From Pocillopora damicornis (taxonomy: Eukaryota): a stretch of 64,000 bases of DNA. Shown here piece after piece: positions 59,744 to 64,000 of the stretch. The stretch is taken from assembly GCF_003704095.1 (NCBI RefSeq), contig NW_020845389.1, positions 372,001-436,000 on the forward strand, read 5' to 3'. The notes under the pieces were generated by a model, which worked only from the letters and a program-made list of their open reading frames with translations, made no database searches and was not told the DNA's origin. Positions within the stretch are counted from its first letter, which is position 1. Every line of letters starts with the position of its first letter. The translations under genes and the position numbers were made by a program.

Positions 59744-61457
59744 TACTTAAGCCCGATAATGATGTCAGGGGTTTTGCTCACAAGCATGTTGTTGCCTGTT
59801 CTTGGCTGATGGATAGAAAAATAAAAAAAAATGATGGTCCTTTTCAAACAAAACAAAACCGCTCTTTTTAGAGAGTCGAAGGTGACACAAGGCTCTAAGT
59901 TTGTTTTGATTGGTGCGAAGTGGTCGACCCGGGCGTTATGAATTGTTCAGTATTCAAATGCATTGGGATTCAGTTGAGTTTATAGCTTGCAACATTCGGC
60001 GTGCTTGAAAATTTAATCAAATATTTCATTTGGTTTAATCGAGCCGGTGTACCAAAAGCAACTCACAACGAAAAGAAATTTTCATTTTCATTTTATGTTT
60101 TTGTTTGTGGAATGATACTATCTAATAAATTACTTAGGGAAACGTCAAATCCATTTGGGGGTAGTTATTGGAAACCTATAGTGGTTGTTATATCAAATAA
60201 TACGCACTGCGTGGTGTACCGCATTGGTGATGTTTTTTGACTTGTTAAGTGGAAGAATGCCTGAAGGCAGAGTTGATTTCCTGAGAGACGGTAAACACTC
60301 AAACGTGTGATTTTACAGTTTCTTTGAAATAAATGGTGCTTTTATTTTTTGTTTTGTTATTTTCAAGGCTTGTCTCTTTTCCTGCAAAACAAAAATTGAA
60401 AAACTAAAAGCGGGGTAAAATTTTAGCAATTTCATATCAAATTCATCATAATTAAAAAAGGCCCCTAAAAGGTGTTATTTACGCAAGTTAACCTTTCTCC
60501 TGAGAGCACTTTGATCAAAATTGTTTTCGCAGCCGTCAAGACAACACAAATACGCCGGAAAACGTCTACCCAATAAACGGTAAAATTCAAATTTTAAGGT
60601 GATGAAATAAAATTGAAACCAACTTACAAACGGCGTGTGATTGATTTCTTACCCTCTGCACTGAAAAAAATTAGTCAGTAGAACAAGCAATTTTAGCCTC
60701 CTGGCGAGTGCAAGTAATTGCACGCGTGTGTAGCATGTGGTGAGGGAGACGCTCGTCTTCTCGCTTAACCCACGCATGATTCATCCCTTTCGTGATTCAT
60801 CCCTGAAAAAGGAACTGCGCTTTAAGAGAAACAGGCAACAGGGGTTCATATCTCTTTTTACAAGACTTTATTTCTTCCACTAAATCTCATCTGTCTTTTG
60901 GGTTGTTATTTTACATTTTCATTGTTCGTCTCCTACACTTTCCGCTTTATTCGAACACAACGAAAAGCCACAAATAGATTACACCAGCATTTGATTTTCG
61001 TTCTGTCTTCCTACAGAGGCGGAAAAAGTCGCGAAGTAAGACATATCCTAATAGAAATAAATATGAGCGTAAAGAAAATGGCAAATAAAGAAATCATGTA
61101 TCGAAAGATAAAATCAAAGTCATCTCCAAGAGTGGAATACAAATACATCTTGAGGAGACTATGCTGGTTTTCAGTGCTGGAAGCAACTTCTGTTTTCCTT
61201 TATTTACGGCAGTGGTCGGTTACGACTGAGCCAAAACGTTAATTTTAGGAGCCACCATTGGCATCTTATAAACTAACTAATAAATAAAGCTGTGTTCACA
61301 ACAAAACTACGTCTTGGCAAAGGCGTTCTCGAGAAGCTTGCGCAACCGGAAGTGAAGTGTCAAAAAAGAAAAAATCCAGTAGTCTTCCATTATCCGTTAA
61401 CGTCTCAAAAATATCAACACTCGCGTTCCCTAAAGATCGAGAAGTTACCCTCTCTTA

Positions 61458-61766
61458 GGCTCTATATGGTCTCTCTTACCCGAGACAACCCTCCCTCGAG
61501 ACAACTTAACGGAGCGTTTATATGAAGTTTTGAGTTGTGACAGCTGTTCCCTTAAAAGTCTCTCTAAAATTGTATGCCGACTCTTCTCAGTTAAGAGCGC
61601 CGAAGTATTTATATAAGAAAAGGGTGTCTCGCCTCCCGAGACGACTTCACAATTTTTTCGTGTAAATGATTGGTTGAATTTTTCAAAGAAGTAAGCGGAA
61701 AGTTAGCCCTGCCAGGATAACTCGAGGAAAAGTTGTCTCGGGTACCCGAGACCATAAAAATGGGCC
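61458..61766. mobile_element. MITE-like element with ~35-bp imperfect TIRs
   Basis: TATGGTCTC...TACCCGAGACAAC pairs with GTTGTCTCGGGTACCCGAGACCATA. Confidence 0.55.
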
Positions 61767-62491
61767 CCAACAACCTTAACACTCACTTATAGTAGATACA
61801 CCTGATTTATCTCGTATCCAGATCCAACCTTGTAACCGTAACTGAAATGCTTACTCGTGGAAGGTCTGGGCACGAGACTTATTAACACCTGACAGCTCAG
61901 TGAAAATGAAATAACCATTTTAACTACATAGACAGCTACGAGAATTCAGACAACGAGCTCAAGATTATCAAATCGAGAGTTTTACCTTCATCTCGCGATA
62001 CGCTTGTTATTCAGTTCATCGCAGTTGGAGTATTGAGGCGTGTCGTTCAAGCTTGGCAGAGATAATTAAAAATGTTTCCCTATTACCTAACTAATCATTT
62101 GCTTAATGGATAAAGAATCTTCGTAGAAAAAATACAATACTGCGATTTTGAGACTATTCATTCCCATCCCTAACGATAAATACAAAATAGGGTTCCTTCC
62201 TATGTTTTAATAATAACAATAATAATAATTCCTTGAGGTTACCAAGTCTTCGAAGTGACTTGATATCGAGAAGGACTTAAAATCAGACATCTTGCAAAAG
62301 AAAAAATGGCTGTACGAGGCCACTGGACCAATCAGTGGCGAATTCCCCACGACACCTTGAAGCAATTGACAGCTTTTAAAGATGAGCCGATTGAATTCCG
62401 ATTGAATTCCGATTGAGTTCCGATTGATTCCGACCATTTGCTGGTACGGTAACGAATACGATGAATAGAAGAAGGAAGTACGCCAGCAGTG

Positions 62492-63351
62492 TCACGTTAT
62501 TGGTTGGTGTTTGTTCTCTTCTTCCTCCTTTTGCCGCGCCTGCCGTTCTTTCTCTAACTCACACCAGCGGTTCTTGTTGGATTCTGCGCCATCAAGGAGA
62601 GGTCGAATCTTTGGGTTGAATGTAGCCAAGCACTGAAAAGGGAAACAACGAGTCAAGGAATGTAACTCCCCGCTTCACTTATTAACCATTTAGCCCCTTA
62701 TATCAGTCTGCTTATTCTCCATACCTTTCTTTAAACAATTCCTTTGGCACTGACAAGAGAATTTGTATATCGATCGAGAGCTTTTTTCGTTTAGCGATCA
62801 TTTCCTTTATTCTATGACCTTAATGTTGGATTAAGGAGTGATATTATACGGATAATTTCGATGCCAGTCACTCTTTGGGATTAAGGCTTAACAAGTGCTC
62901 AAATCACACGCGTCAAATATTTTTTCTAGAGTCCCTCTCCAAACTTAACAAAAATGTGTTTATTCGTTGACAAAGCAAGACTGTTAATTTGCATTACCAA
63001 TCTAAATTTTAGTAAACTACGAGGATTCCTTTCTCCATGGTCTATTTTTCTCCCTATGCCTTTTTCTACCCTGAATAGAACTGATCAAACTTTCATCTTT
63101 TTTTTGGTTTTTGAAAAAGATCTGGTACATATGGTGGTAACCAACTACTTAAATGAAGTTTGAAGACAGTGACATTGACAGAGGGGTGACTTAAACCTTT
63201 CAAGCCTGCAACAACGTAACCATGCATGAGTTCGGACAACATATTCATAATGACATGCGCCGCATACCTTGAAGACGGGAATTCCTGTCGTTTCGAAGAA
63301 CTGCACCTGGAGTGCAGGTAGTTCGTCGACCTTTTGCCTGTCCATGAGGGC
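62492..63351 (-). CDS. last two exons of a class I 3',5'-cyclic nucleotide phosphodiesterase (PDE11/PDE5-like); gene extends past the window
   Basis: Exons 63351-63268 (ALMDRQKVDELPALQVQFFETTGIPVFK) and 62632-62492 (CLATFNPKIRPLLDGAESNKNRWCELEKERQARQKEEEENKHQPIT*), both phase 0 GT-AG. They match the PDE catalytic C-terminus: DR..DELP.LQ..F with the invariant Gln and clamp Phe, then N...W. Confidence 0.85.
62686..62887. mobile_element. diverged piggyBac-type MITE in the PDE intron
   Basis: TTAA-flanked; body similar to the 31633 and 46849 copies. Confidence 0.65.
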
Positions 63352-63482
63352 CTACAAAGACAAATGGTTATTATCAACGGTGAACGGTTTGCATTTGAGT
63401 ATGGCAAGTAATCTGGGTATGGCAAGTAATCAAGATTTTCCGGCAAACATTAGTCGCGGGCCATTGCCGATTAAATTTATAT

Positions 63483-63737
63483 AGGCGATGGCTTTAAGGT
63501 CAGTGCGCTGGACTCAGGGTCGAGAGGTCTGGGTTCGAGACCTGGCAGGGTCATTTTGTTGTGTTTCTTGTCAAGGAAGCCTAGTGAAATGCTGGGGGGG
63601 GAGGGGTAACCTTAAGATTGACTAGCATCCCGTCCAGCGGGGAGAAGTAATTGTTACATACTTCTGGTCGCTTCATGCTAAGGAAATCGGGATGAACTCC
63701 GGCTTCTTGAGCCACTTGGGTTTAAGTACAGACTTTT
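63483..63737 (+). mobile_element. tRNA-derived SINE
   Basis: tRNA-like head with A box TGGCTTTAAGG and B box GGTTCGAGACC, a non-tRNA body (GACTAGCATCCCGTCCAG, GCTTCATGCTA) and a T-rich end. Confidence 0.75.
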
Positions 63738-64000
63738 TCTTCAACTAGTGATGAAAATAGCGGTTTCTGTAATTAATCTTTGCCTTCGATTCACCAGAGA
63801 ACTGACTCACGGCTTGAATCTTGGCAAATCGTTTACTCTGCTTTTTTTAACAAGGCATACAGTTTTGAAAATATAATTGTTGCGGACTTCACAAGTGAGG
63901 GCATCCAAAGTAGACTTCAGTTAACATTAAATATAGGAGAAGATGTACAAAATACTATATAAATTGCCCAAAATAAACGTGATTGTTGGCATACTACGTG

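Noticed and set aside
63093-63446. 117-aa and 66-aa minus-strand ORFs as independent genes
   Set aside because: Only 63268-63351 is coding (the PDE exon); the rest is intron.
63483-63545. tRNA gene
   Set aside because: A and B boxes are present, but I see no complete cloverleaf and the sequence continues into a SINE body.

Overview
This is AT-rich, intron-rich eukaryotic DNA. The gene content and repeat families suggest a cnidarian, probably a stony coral (inference). I assembled GT-AG exons by hand and recovered these genes: a 12-exon Lifeguard/TMBIM gene (-); a 2-exon NLR with an N-terminal DZIP3-type HEPN domain, NACHT and five 29-aa LRRs (-); a TANK/AZI2/TBKBP1-family TBK1 adaptor with a C-terminal UBZ-type zinc finger (-); uridine phosphorylase (+); MLX (-) head-to-head with LASP1 (+); a 90-aa NCBP2AS2-like gene absent from the ORF track (+); HAT1 (-); an intronless class A GPCR followed by a pseudogenised duplicate (+); and the last two exons of a PDE11/PDE5-like phosphodiesterase (-). 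Introns carry TTAA-flanked ~204-bp piggyBac-type MITEs, foldback MITEs and a tRNA-derived SINE. They also carry Penelope-like insertions with target-site duplications and minimal hammerhead ribozyme motifs, one with an intact core. The best leads are the HEPN(RNase)-NLR between a TBK1 adaptor and an anti-apoptotic gene, the hammerhead-bearing retroelement family, and a gene set whose human homologues fall largely in HOX-paralogon regions. All calls come from reading the sequence; no database searches were run.
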